Shown: positions 26,354 to 38,799 of the stretch, one piece after another
Layout of the letters: the number at the start of each line of letters is the position of its first letter
How positions within the stretch are numbered: the first letter of the stretch is position 1
Origin: Octopus bimaculoides
Lineage: Eukaryota
DNA length: 48,911 nt
Assembly: GCF_001194135.2 (NCBI RefSeq)
Contig: NC_068995.1
Span: 16,365,019-16,413,929, forward strand
Direction of reading: 5' to 3'
Made by a program: the position numbers and the translations under genes
Notes under the pieces: model-generated
The model's database searches: none
What the model was told of the DNA's origin: nothing
The model's input: only the letters and a program-made list of their open reading frames with translations

Positions 26354-27643
26354 TTATTCAGTTATTTATTTGTTCTTAGTGTAATTTATGTTACATTCAA
26401 GTCAAGAATTAAATAAAACAAATACATAAAATAAATATAAATTCAATAAATGAAATAATATAAGCAAAACACTTAAATAATGATAAAATGAGCTGTAAAC
26501 AATGTTTTAGGTGTACAAGCTACAATTTAGTGTTATTGTATACTTATTTCCTCTTGAAAATTGATTGCTGTTATTTTTGAGTGAAGTTTCTCTTTCCTCA
26601 AGGAAATTGCTAGAAAAGAAAGAAGCTTGCTTTAGTTTTCACATAGATGTCATGATTTATTTTCTTTTTATTCTGCCACTGCATCTCTGATGGATTTGTT
26701 TGACTTAAAAGTATAGCTACTAAACCTAGTAATCAATAATGAACTAATTGATATGCATACAGTAACCTAAGTGACTAGTAAAACGGTTCTGGTCTTTTGG
26801 TTTTTGTTTGGTATATATTTTTTCACTATATTTTTAAACAAATTTTTTGTTGTTTTGTTTCATTTTACTCTACTTTATTTTGTTTTGGTTTCACTGTAAG
26901 TTTTAATTAAAATAGAGTATATTACTTTTCTGTATTTTTTTTTGTTTTGTTTTACTAATCAAGTGTTATTAAGTTAGCAATTAGTTTGATGGGAAATTAA
27001 TGTTTCAAATTATTTTGGTTATCAAGACAGATTTTTACTTTAAATTATTTTCGTTCTCAGACAGAGTACTTTTTTGTATTTATTTTATTTAATTATTTAT
27101 TTTAAATTTTATTTTTAATGAACTGTAGTTATTTTATGAATAATTAACTAAATTTTCATTTCTCATTTAAAGAACATGTCATTATATGTAATGAAATATA
27201 TTTTGCTAAATGCATCAATTTCTGCTCAGTTTTGCATTTAGAGACTTTAAAATTAAATACAAGACCTTAGGCATATTGAATATAATATCTGAATCAAGTA
27301 CAACACATTAAATGCAAAAGACAAGAATTTGGTATCTTATACACTCTTCCATTGTATTTATTAGTAGAGAAAATCCCTTTAGGGAACTGCATATTTTCTA
27401 ATCTGGTGTATTGAATACTGGGCTATAGCTGGTACCACATTAGGGAAGATGAGGTTAATAAGTGCAGGTTTGGTTAATAGATGCATGTATGGATGTGTGG
27501 TTAAGAAGTTTGCTTCTCAACCATCTGGTCTCAGGTTCAGTTCCACTGTGTGGTATCTTGGGCCGGTATTTTCTACTGTAGCCCTGGTCTAAATTCTTGT
27601 GAGTGGGTTTGATGGATGGAAGCTGAAGGAGGTTCATCTTGCA

Positions 27644-27718
<75 letters not shown>

Positions 27719-28189
27719 ATGTATGTGTTAGTGTGTATGTGTGTGTTGACATTGTGGGATGGTTGTAAATGAGTGTCACTCTCATACAAAGTGTCATTTA
27801 TTTTCAATATTCTGTGAGAACAGGTGTAGCTATGGGGAAACATTAGCTTGCATGGAAACAGGTGAGTGTTGGTGACTGGAAGGGAATCTAGCTCTAGAAA
27901 ATCTGCCTCAATAAAACTCTGCCTGACCCACGCAAGCATGGAAAAGTGGACATTAAAGTGATGATGACGATCATGATAATAATGATGACGTGTGTGTGTG
28001 TGTTTGATCATCACAATCATAACAATCATTTAACATCTATGGTCCATGCTGGCATGGGTTGGACAGATTGACAGGATGCAGGGCGTCCAAGTAGTGCTTT
28101 GTGCTCTGGTACCTCCTTTGGCATGGTTTCTATTGTTGAACGCGTCCACTGTGAGTGGATATGGTAGTCTGAAACTGAAAGAAACCCAC

Positions 28190-28543
28190 TGTATACATAT
28201 ATATAAAAAAGAATACAAAAAAATGGGACAAGAACGCAACTGGATACAACAAGACATCCAGACAGTTAGTTGATACAAAAAGGGACAAGAAAAAACAAGG
28301 ATGGGTCATTCGGAGTTTTCTTTCGTCAGTTGAGTTTCCGATTATCCTTGCAGTTTCAGTTGATTGAGTATAACCAGCCGAAACTGCAAAGATAATCGGA
28401 AACTCAACTGACGAAAGAAAACTCCGAATGACCCATCCTTGTTTTTTCTTGTCCCTTTTTGTATCATCTAACTGTCTGGATGTCTTGTTGTCACCTGTTG
28501 TGTTCTTGTCCCATTTTTTGTATTCTTTTTTATGTACATATAG
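28190..28543. repeat. Long foldback inverted repeat (about 170-bp arms)
   Basis: 28190-28362 is the reverse complement of 28375-28543 with few mismatches; short central spacer. Confidence 0.9.
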
Positions 28544-28566
28544 CGGCATACATACACTTTGGTCTC

Positions 28567-28597
<31 letters not shown>

Positions 28598-29143
28598 TAT
28601 ATACATATATATGTATGGATATATAATGTGAGTGTATGTCTGTTTGTCCCCCTGCCAACACTTGACAACCGATGCTGGTGTGTTAATGTCTTCGTACTCT
28701 AGAAGTTCAGTAAAAGAGGCTGATAGAATTAAGTACTAGGCTTACAAAATATAATTCTTGGGGCCAATTTCTTTGACTAAAACCCTTTAAAGTCGTGCTC
28801 CAGCATGGCCACAGCCAGATGACTGAAACAGGTAACAGAATAAAAGAATATATATATGTATTTGGATGTTATCTTCATAACTACTGTATCAGGACTTTCT
28901 GACATACTTAAAACATAACTATTTATTAAATGCTTTATTCCTATATAAATATATATTTAACTATGAAGCAGCCAGATAATGTAAGAACTTATTCTGTGTG
29001 GATAACTGAAACATATTCAGCCGGACAGTAATGATGAACACTAACGCACATGTAAGACAGTACATGTATCTTATACAGTCGGAAATCTTCTCTGTGTATG
29101 TATGTGTATGCGTTTGTATGTGTGTATCATATGTACATATATA

Positions 29144-29194
<51 letters not shown>

Positions 29195-29344
29195 AGAGAG
29201 AGAGAGAGAGTCTGTGCATGTGGCCATGTATGTTCACATGTATATATACATATGTGTGTACATAGGTATGTATCTATGTATATATATATATGTGTGTGTA
29301 TGTTCATATATGTATAAGTAAATATATATGTATATATGTACGTG

Positions 29345-29391
<47 letters not shown>

Positions 29392-29797
29392 ATTTATATA
29401 TGGGATCTGAATAAAACAGGAGATTTGTTTACTATTATATCTTAGTAATAACAAAAGTTTTTTATAACCGAATCTCCAGTTTTATTCTGATCTTCGATAT
29501 ACACTCTGTAATCTATTCAAATGTATATAATACCAAACGAAAATAATCATGGAAAAACACTGTGTTTAATGCCTGAGTGAAAGTTGGACATATATGGATT
29601 TACATGGAGTTTGAAGCAAAGGTTAACTGTTATACTGTCTCATTCAAAATAGCAACTTTTCAATACGTATACATACGTACATCTTTATATATACATACAG
29701 ATATCTGTGTGTGTGTGTGTGTGTGTGGAGATAGAGTAATAAAGAGAGAGAGAAATAGGCATATGTATGTATAGGAATATGCATGTATTTATGTGTT

Positions 29798-29833
<36 letters not shown>

Positions 29834-30644
29834 CGTGTGTGTGTGTGTACAAGTATATATTTATATGTGTGTGTGTGTGTGTGTGTGCGTGCGTGCGCGT
29901 GTGTGTGTATTAGTATATGTTTAAAGCACTGGTGCTGTGCCATGTGAATAGCACCCAGTACACTCTGTATAGTTTTTACTGTTTGGAAGGGCATCCAGCT
30001 GTAACAAAGCAAGCCAAAACAAATTAGGGAACTTGGTGCAGGAGCTGGCCTTGCCAGCTCCTGTCACCCCGTCCAGCCCATGCCAGCATGGGAAACGATC
30101 ATTAAATGATGATGATGATGAAATGTAGGATATGAAATAATTTTATTAATTCTGACTCTTTGACTACATTCCTTATACCAACACTTTTAAATAATAAATG
30201 AGGAAAATTCTGCTTACATCAGAATATTATTCCAGCGGTGATATATATTAACTATATATATCAGTTAAGAAATTTCTCCTCACCGGTAGTACTAATATCT
30301 TGCAAGGATTAACATTTTCCAGTCGGACAGAACTTTTGCCCAATTTCTCACTTTATATGATTATTTTAAAAGGAAGTACTTCTCTTGGGAAAAAAGCATG
30401 TCTGTTACCTATTAACTGATATCGAGCTTGCTGCCAACATTTAAACAAGCTTTGGCTATTTTGTCAATATTCCAATTGAACCTTGCAATCTGGCATCGGA
30501 CAGATCAAACCTACTTTCTATTTTATTTATATAATAATTATTAGCTTTCAATAATACTCTTGTTTTAATTCATTTCGCCTAAATTTGGCTGGCAGTTTCT
30601 TACTGTAATAGTAGTTATTGTGGGTATTATTATTATTATCATCT

Positions 30645-30683
<39 letters not shown>

Positions 30684-32317
30684 TAAGCACCAGTAAAGAT
30701 TAAAGAAAAACAGTGAAGTTTTTCTAAGAAATTTTACTGTTTAGGTCTGTTTCAATATTATAGAACTTATTTCTGAGTTTTAGCTTGCTTTTGTAATTAT
30801 TTATAAACCTAAACTTTCTATAGAAATATTTACACATTTACATTTGTTTTGTGTGTGTGGTGTGGCCAGGAGGTTATGGTGCTGAAGTTATGATCATGAG
30901 TTTTTGGGTTCAATTGTGAGACTCGGTGGCATTTTATTCCACATTCCCCCAGTTCACTCAGCTGAAAAATAAGCCCCTAGTACAGCTGTCTATCCTTCTA
31001 GCTGTTACATTATTGCAGCTCTGCCGGATCAGGTTTTGTAGGGCTGAGATGGTGCTTGTGTCTGTTTGCCATAGACACTTAAAACAGTTATTAAAAGAGT
31101 GACGACTAGATTCTTTTTTATTTTCATTTGCTGCGTACAATTTTGCACTTTCTGTGTTTTTCTGAAATACTTTGTCGCTTCATAAAACAAATTACTATTT
31201 TGACCCATATGGAACCCCACTTCAGCTCTGATTGAGTTGACCATGACCAAGGCTATTCAAGCTATCCTTCTTTTTGCCATATTTCAAACCACATTATCCA
31301 AAGTGTCCTCCTTTCTAAAGACAATATAATTGAGAACAGTTTAGGTGCTATTTATAGTTGGTTGAGCAACCATATAGACAGAGGGTCATTCATGAATGAG
31401 CATAAGTCATTACCAAAGAGGAAGCAATAACATTTTTTTCTTTTTCTTTCCTTTTAAGAAATGTCACTACATATCAATTGGTTCCATATTGTAGAATTTA
31501 TCAACATCATAACTGCTATCCTGAAAATTTATAAACTTCCAGTAGATATTATTTTTATTATTATTATGTGAGAGAGCAGTGCATGCCATCAAAGTGACAC
31601 TGGGGTAAAATATACGAAGCCCAGTATACCCATCATGACTACCCGTCTGATATATATATATATATATGAGACTTGAATGCTAAGATTTAGCTTTATTCTT
31701 TTTGTTCTTTTTGTCAAAATTTAACTTTGTCAGACTTGATTGGACACCTCTATGATCAAAGTTATTATAATCATGTCCATCCTGCCTTTTGTTGAGGCAT
31801 AGTATATCTCACCTATTCCTGACTATCCAGTGTGTCATGTTCTAAAGAGGTTACAGTATAAATTTGAGTGAGATTTGCCCACTACTTTTAGCAGGTTGCG
31901 TGACAATATAAAGGTTTCCTCTTTGACTTAATACAACATCGTTTGTGTCATGATATGTTGCGGTAGACCCGCTTGCTTTTGTTTTATTTCCGAATCAACT
32001 AAAGACCTCATTCCATCTGAATATTTATAGACTTCTCTTCATCTGAATACTTATAGGAATAGCTGAGTTAAGCTTGGAATTCTAATACGTTTAGGTAAAT
32101 GTGATTCAGGGTCAGTGCTGTAATATTGTTTCCAGTGTTTCTCTGTTAAATTAGATTGGTTGCAACATAAAATATAAGAAAGAAAACAATTTTTGTTGGT
32201 TTCGTTAGACACTTGCTCTCTCACATCCATGAATTCTTCTTTACAATACAGCAAAAATATATTGGTGTTTACCCTACAATCACCATCTCTCTCTTTCTCT
32301 TTCTTCCTCTCTTTCTA

Positions 32318-32362
<45 letters not shown>

Positions 32363-32562
32363 TTATGTCTATACACTAAATCGAAAAACAAACACTTAGC
32401 TTATCAATACATGATAAATTGCCCCAAATAATGGAGAAATCTGCTCTGATTTTTTTCCAAAGACATGGTCTGAAATGGAATTAAAACATTGAAATAAAAT
32501 CATTCTATAGTGAAAATTGCCTGGCAACAACAGAATACTCAGCTAGTATGTATGTGTGAAAG

Positions 32563-32634
32563 GGTTCCCAGTGGGATTTGAACCTGGATCGCTTACTCCA
32601 GAGGCGCAAGTCTACACGACTACACCAATCTGGC
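32563..32634 (-). mobile_element. Degenerate tRNA-like head (probable SINE)
   Basis: Minus strand gccagattggtgtagtcg...cttgc-gcctctgga-gtaag...GGTTCAAATCC; A and B boxes present, cloverleaf imperfect. Confidence 0.45.
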
Positions 32635-32980
32635 ACTCATTTGAATTGAGGCAAATTAAGCTGTATGAAGTTGGTCTCTGTTCCCCCTAGACCAGATCCA
32701 AGTTGAGGCCTTCTCTGCTTCTTCCATGTTACTTATATGTTGTATATATATCTTACATATATATGTTATATATATATATATATATGTTATATATGTTATG
32801 TACACCCCCACGTAAGTGATTCCTACACTTCAATATTTACTTCTGTGAACATCGGCTTCCTCCGTGGCAGAATTCAAATACCATTATATATATATATACG
32901 ACTAAGGAAAATCACGTGTAACCAGCTATGAAGAACAAACCAACAGCACAAAGAGATCAAATGCCAATCCTTTTAAAATG

Positions 32981-33023
32981 GTTGTCAAGTGATGTTGGGG
33001 GACAAATACAGACACACAAACAT

Positions 33024-33054
<31 letters not shown>

Positions 33055-33220
33055 CATATATACGACAGGCTTCTTTCAGGTTCCGTCTCCCAGACCCACT
33101 CACAAGGCGTTGGTCACTCCGAGGCTATAGTAGAGGACACTTGCCCAAGGTGCCACGCAGTGTGACTGGACCCGGAACCATGTGGTTCGTAAGCAAGCCA
33201 CTTACCACACAGCCACTCCT
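32981..33220 (-). mobile_element. SINE family B (head plus microsatellite)
   Basis: Reverse complement of the 45731-46010 segment; CpG-rich and little diverged. Confidence 0.75.
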
Positions 33221-33269
33221 ACACCTCAACCAAATCCACTCATTAGGCTAAGATATATATATATATATA

Positions 33270-33505
33270 TAAATTCAAATTACGACAAACATAAATAAAC
33301 AAACAAAGTTTGCTTTTAGAGGCGTTGAGATGTCTTAGAAAGTTAAAGAAGTGACTTTAGATTCTCAGTCGCAGGATAATGCTAATAATATAGCCTGAAC
33401 AGGATAAACTACCCCTATTTCGCAGAAAAAAGTGTAGGTGGTTAGCTGTGGACTCGAACTCACATCCCCGTGACGCGTAATCACGGGGATGTGAGTTCAA
33501 GTCCA
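33270..33505 (-). mobile_element. tRNA(Met)-like SINE copy with 5' foldback inversion
   Basis: Body is the reverse complement of 23856-24060; the 5' half of the tRNA head is replaced by an inverted copy of the T-arm side. Confidence 0.7.
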
Positions 33506-34220
33506 TATATATATATAAAGAAGAAGGAAGTAGTCAGAATTTTGGATAAGAAAAAGGAGGTAGTGTGTATGTGTGTGTTGCGTGCATGTGATGTCATCAT
33601 GACTCAGGCAGCCAAACTCAAGTGGCTCAGTTATTGGAGCATGAAACATTTGGTCTTAGGATCATGGGTTTTAGCCCGCATTTTGGTTGAGGGTTTGCAT
33701 AGAATGTCACCTTGTGACATTCTTCTGTTGTTCTGAGTTCAAATTCCACTGATGTCAACTTTTAATTCTTTTTGAAATTGATGAGTAATGTATCACTCCT
33801 TAGCTTCTCTACTACTACTCTCTCTCTCTCTCTCTCTCCTTGTTTGTTTGTTTCTTTCTTTCTTAGAGAAAATAGTGGTAGTCATATCGGGAAAAGATGA
33901 GCTCTGCTAGCTTTAGATGTGTGCGTCTATATGTCTGTGTTTGTTCACCCCCTCCCACTGCTCGACAACTGGTGTCGGTTTATTTATGTCCTTGCAACTT
34001 GCCAGTTTACCAAAAGAGGCCAATAGAATAAGGCTTAAAAATAGATATTAGTATTGATTTGTTTGTCTAAAACTCCTCAGGGTAGTGCCCTAGTGTGGCT
34101 ACAGTCCATTGACTAAAACAAGTAAAAAAAAATATATGACTAAATAAATAAAATACATCAATACATTGTAAATATATATATTTTTTAATTCTTGTTTTCT
34201 CTTCTATTTATGTGTCTCAG

Positions 34221-34379
34221 GTCAATGTTTGCTGAAGTGGATCTAGCAAAATTTATTTGGATTGAATCTCCTGCAGACATTCCACCAAATACAGCCTGGA
34301 TTCCCGCTAGTCAGAAAACCCTCAGCTCTGGTGGTGGCCTTCTTATGAAAGCCTGTACATACACTCCAACTATACAAAG
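34221..34379 (+). CDS. COG1: COG1 internal coding exon (5th)
   Basis: Acceptor tgtgtctcag|G, donor AAG|gtgagt, 159 nt, phase 2/2. Encodes SMFAEVDLAKFIWIESPADIPPNTAWIPASQKTLSSGGGLLMKACTYTPTIQ, matching the COG1 motif FLWSESPNDLP..AAW...SGLSMKA. Confidence 0.95.
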
Positions 34380-34498
34380 GTGAGTAGTTTTGCTACTTTT
34401 GCCATTCCTAAAGCTCTCTATCATTTCCTCATTACATAAGAACACAATGTATATTGATGTCTATGTTACTATATCAATGATCAATATGTCAGTGGTTA

Positions 34499-34733
34499 AA
34501 GGTGGTAATCTGGCAGAAACATCAGTACGCTGGGTGAAATGCTTAATGGTATTTCGTCTGCCGCTATGTTCTGAGTTCAAATATCCGCCGAGGTCGACTT
34601 TGCCTTTCATCCTTTCGGTGTCGATAAATTAAGTACCAGTTACGCACTGGGGTCGATGTAATCGACTTAATCCGTTCGTCTGTTCTTGTTTGTTCCCTCT
34701 ATGTTTAGCCCCTTGTGGGCAGTAACGAAATAG
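34499..34733 (+). mobile_element. tRNA-derived SINE family A, near full length
   Basis: Head ggtggtaatctggcagaaac...gagttcaaatatccgccgaggtcgac, central ttcatcctttcggtgtcgataaattaagtaccagt...ctggggtcgat, CpG-rich. Further degraded copies near 5445-5530(-), 6160-6290(+), 24630-24770(-), 33640-33790(+), 36050-36200(+), 41720-41900(-), 43915-44049(+), 46940-47150(+). Confidence 0.8.
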
Positions 34734-34900
34734 GTATTTCGTCTGCCGTTACGTTCTGAGTTCAAATTCTGCCAAGGTTGACTCTGCCTTTCATCCTTTC
34801 AGGGTCAACAAATTGAGTGCCAGTTGCGTACTGGGATTGATCTAATCGGTTGGCCCCCTGCCGCAAAATTTCGAGCCTTGTGCCTAGAGTAGGAAAGAAT
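34734..34900 (+). mobile_element. SINE family A, 5'-truncated copy with alternative tail, directly tandem to previous copy
   Basis: Restarts at gtatttcgtctgccgttacgttctgagttcaaattc; ends gccttgtgcctagagtaggaaagaat like the copy at 80-268. Confidence 0.75.
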
Positions 34901-35192
34901 ATGTCTGTGGTATCATCATCATATGTCTGTTTTCCATGCTGGCATGGATTGGACAGTTTGACTGAAAACTTATAAGCTGGGGAGCTGCACCAGGTTCCAG
35001 TCTGATTCGGCATGGTTTCTGCGGTTAGATGCCTTTCCTAATGCCAACCACTCCAAGAGTGTTGTGGGTGCTTTTTACATGCCAGTTACGTAATACCAGC
35101 ATCGACCACGACTACGATCTCACTTGGCTTGTTGTAAATTTTGATGTTGTAGCCCACATTAATTTTCATTGATCTGGTCAAGCTTGCTTTAC

Positions 35193-35376
35193 TTTTTTAC
35201 TCTTTTACTCATTTCAGTCACTTGACTGTGACCATGCTGGAGCACCACCTTTAGTCTAGCAAATCGACCCCAAGACTTATTCTTTGTAAGCCTAGTACTT
35301 ATTCTATTGGTCGCTTTTGCCGAACCACTAAGTTACGGGGACGTAAACACACCAGAATTGGTTGTCAAGCGATGTT
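35193..35376 (-). mobile_element. SINE family B tail module, runs into N gap
   Basis: Reverse complement of 45990-46175; ends ...gtcaagcgatgtt just where the poly-G run would start. Confidence 0.75.
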
Positions 35377-35821
35377 NNNNNNNNNNNNNNNNNNNNNNNN
35401 NNNNNNNNNNNNNNNNNNNNNNNNNNNNNNNNNNNNNNNNNNNNNNNNNNNNNNNNNNNNNNNNNNNNNNNNNNNNNNNNNNNNNNNNNNNNNNNNNNNN
35501 NNNNNNNNNNNNNNNNNNNNNNNNNNNNNNNNNNNNNNNNNNNNNNNNNNNNNNNNNNNNNNNNNNNNNNNNNNNNNNNNNNNNNNNNNNNNNNNNNNNN
35601 NNNNNNNNNNNNNNNNNNNNNNNNNNNNNNNNNNNNNNNNNNNNNNNNNNNNNNNNNNNNNNNNNNNNNNNNNNNNNNNNNNNNNNNNNNNNNNNNNNNN
35701 NNNNNNNNNNNNNNNNNNNNNNNNNNNNNNNNNNNNNNNNNNNNNNNNNNNNNNNNNNNNNNNNNNNNNNNNNNNNNNNNNNNNNNNNNNNNNNNNNNTG
35801 ATCTTGTCATGAGAGAACAAT

Positions 35822-35860
<39 letters not shown>

Positions 35861-36037
35861 TCATCATCATCGTCATCATCATCATCATTTAACGTCCACT
35901 TTCCATGCTAGCATGGGTTGGACGATTTGACTGAGGACTGGTGAAACCAGATGGCTACACCAGGCTCCAATCTGATTTGGCAGAGTTTCTACAGCTGGAT
36001 GCCCTTCCTAACGCCAGGATGCCCTTCCTAACGCCAT

Positions 36038-36085
<48 letters not shown>

Positions 36086-36854
36086 TAAATACAAGTCCCA
36101 GACAGTGTAGTCATAGAATTGTTAGATGGTTGGATGAATGCCTTGTGGTTTCTCTTCTACTTCTATGTATTCTGAATTCAAACAGATACTGCACCTTGTG
36201 ACTATGATGAAAAAAATAAAAATAAAAAGGTGTGAAGAGTTATCACTTATTGATGGTTCCAGCAATGGAGAAACAACAATAGAAACAGAAATTTTCATGG
36301 TTTCAGTCATAAGATTGGCTGTGATGCAATTTTAAATGGATTTCTTACATAAAGAAGTTGCATCAAATATGAAACAGGGATTGGCGCACACATGGCTGTG
36401 TGTTTACAAAGCTCACTTTGCAAGCATGTAGTTTTGGGATCAGTCCCACTGCATGGTACCTTGGGCAAATGTCTTCTGTTATATCCCTGGGCCAACCAAT
36501 GCCTTGTCTTGTAAGTAATTTTGGGAGACAAAAAACTGTGTGGAAGTCTGTCAAGTGTGTGTGCATGTCTTTGTATTTGTCCTGCACTACTATTTGACAA
36601 CCAGTGATGGTTTGTTTATGACCTTGTATATTAGGGCTCTGGTAAGAGGAAGTTATGGAATAGATATCACATTAAAAAAAAAAAACAACTACTAGGGATG
36701 ATTTGTTTGATTAAATTCTGCAAGGCAGTGCCCCAGAAAGATGATGCAGTATAAAAAATAACATTTTATCAGCTGTTAAATGCATGATAAATGATGTTGG
36801 GGTAAAATAAGTAAAAAAAAAAAGGAAGAAAAAGACAAAAACTTGTAAACAGGC

Positions 36855-37183
36855 ATGGTTCCGGGTTCAGTCCCTCTGTGTGGCACCTTGGGCAAGTGTT
36901 TTCTACAATAAACTTGAGCTGACCAAAGCCTTGTAAGTCAATCCGATAGATGGAAACTGAAAGAAGCCTGTCATATATATACATATAATATATCTGTGTG
37001 TGTGTGTCTTTGTGTTTGTATTTATGTCCCCACAACTTAGCGGTTCGGCAATAGACACTGATAGAATAAGTATTAGGCTTAAAAATGAATAAGTCCTGGG
37101 GTCGACTAAAACCCTTCAAGCCAGTGCTCCAGCATGGCCGCAGTCAAATGATTGAAACAAGTAAAAGAATAAAAGAATAACAA
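36855..37183 (+). mobile_element. SINE family B, 5'-truncated
   Basis: catggttccgggttcagtccc...microsatellite...ccagcatggccgcagtcaaatgattgaaacaag. More copies near 14960-15150(-), 15665-15830(+), 17080-17310(-), 22950-23170(-), 27485-27640(+), 28150-28850(+), 36385-36720(+), 40625-40850(+), 44885-45060(+), 45260-45470(+). Confidence 0.7.
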
Positions 37184-37841
37184 NNNNNNNNNNNNNNNNN
37201 NNNNNNNNNNNNNNNNNNNNNNNNNNNNNNNNNNNNNNNNNNNNNNNNNNNNNNNNCCAGTGCTCCAGCATGGCCGCAGTCAAATGATTGAAACAAGTAA
37301 AAGAATAAAAGAATAACAAAAGAAAAAGCGAAAAATTTGGAAATACATTTTCGACATTGCAGAAGGCGACATAAACAATCTAGAACTCTAGTGTACGCCA
37401 ATTTTCAAAACTGCCATTAATCTTGGGTTTTCCATTATTCTTGGAAGTTGTTATTTCAGAAGTTCACTGCGGTACGGAAATAAGAATAAGTCCTACTTCT
37501 ACTTATTCTTAGTAGATCAGTTGGCATTACAACTGCAAATCCATTTGCCAGACAACTTGTTGCATGGCGGCTTGGTAAATTGGACATGACATAATATCAG
37601 GTTTGACTTTTTGATGGTAAAAAGCTGGAATATAGAAGTACACAAGTATCAAAAGGCCATGATATTGGCGTTTACATCAATTTTGATGCTGTCTAGTGTT
37701 CTTCATCTACTATTGAATGAGTAAAGTGCTAAGGTCTGCATTTATGGGGAGACCTACTTTCTTCACCTCCCAGTTCTCTGTCGCTTGGTCTCTTGGATAA
37801 ATGTACTTTAAACTTTCTACTTTGACAGAAGGACTGTGAGC

Positions 37842-38335
37842 GTGCACACATGTGCACATGCATACATGCGCAGACACATGCATATATGCGCAGACACATG
37901 CATACATGTACAGACACATGTATGTGCATACACATGCATGCAAGAACACTTACACATTCATGCATAGTGACACCAGTGAACGTACACACATAGAAACATA
38001 AGAGCACACATATCCTCATTTACACATACAATGCAAAAATACGCATTACATGTGCATTCACACAAGAGTACAGATGCACACAATCACATATGCATATACA
38101 CATAAGAATACCTACACATTTGTATGCAATTATACCCACAAACATGCATACGCACACATACAAACATAAGGATACTCACATATATACCCATATACACATA
38201 CTGCATGCATATACAAATTTCACATGCATTTACACAGGCACACAAATACACATTAACATGCATGCACACATATCAAAGAATGCCTGCACATTCATTGGAA
38301 ATATACATGTATAATCATACCAAAATGTACACATG
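37842..38335. repeat. Alternating purine-pyrimidine (CA/TA/TG) low-complexity region with 20-bp minisatellite
   Basis: About three copies of cacatgcata(c/t)atg(c/t)(g/a)caga at 37857-37920, then degenerate CATA/CACA sequence. Confidence 0.75.
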
Positions 38336-38799
38336 AACATGAATAAATATATATATACTCCCATCAAATATTTTCTAGGTGGGAATATTGAATAGTAGAG
38401 TGGACATGTTTTCCCTCACTTCTGTAGAGCCTGAATGATTTGATTAATTCTGTTATAAGAATGTATTTCACCCTTGTCCAATGATATATTGAGGAGATTA
38501 TAGTAGAAGGAACAAGCTAATTTTGAACAAGATTGAACTCGATACAAAAATGCACATGGCCGAGATATTGCAGCAACCGAAGTATAAAGGTGGACACTTG
38601 AAGAACTGATTACTATGAAACTGTTAATCATAATGTAATCTAAAGATAAGGCAATTATTGAGTAAGATTATAATAAATAGAGAAAAGATGTGGATTTAAG
38701 AACAGAAGGATTACAATTTCAACCTTTGTGAATCTTAAACTTTTAGTCAGACTGTTTTGTATGCAGCGTATTTTATTTAGTTAATATGCAGTTTTTACT

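Larger units (their letters stand above)
2077..37256. other. Twelve assembly gaps (N runs) within this span
   Basis: 2077-2375, 7080-7089, 8130-8461, 9037-9046, 9709-9791, 10210-10515, 14085-14353, 18456-18859, 20560-20569, 22651-22774, 35377-35798, 37184-37256. Confidence 0.95.

Noticed and set aside
28404-28418. CTGACGA-AA-GAAA inside the foldback arm
   Set aside because: No helix II and no local helix I or III partners; would be sequestered in the long stem.
37121-37319. 63-bp exact direct repeat flanking an N gap
   Set aside because: Identical sequence on both sides of the gap is typical of unmerged overlapping contig ends; a similar pattern occurs at 20543-20590.
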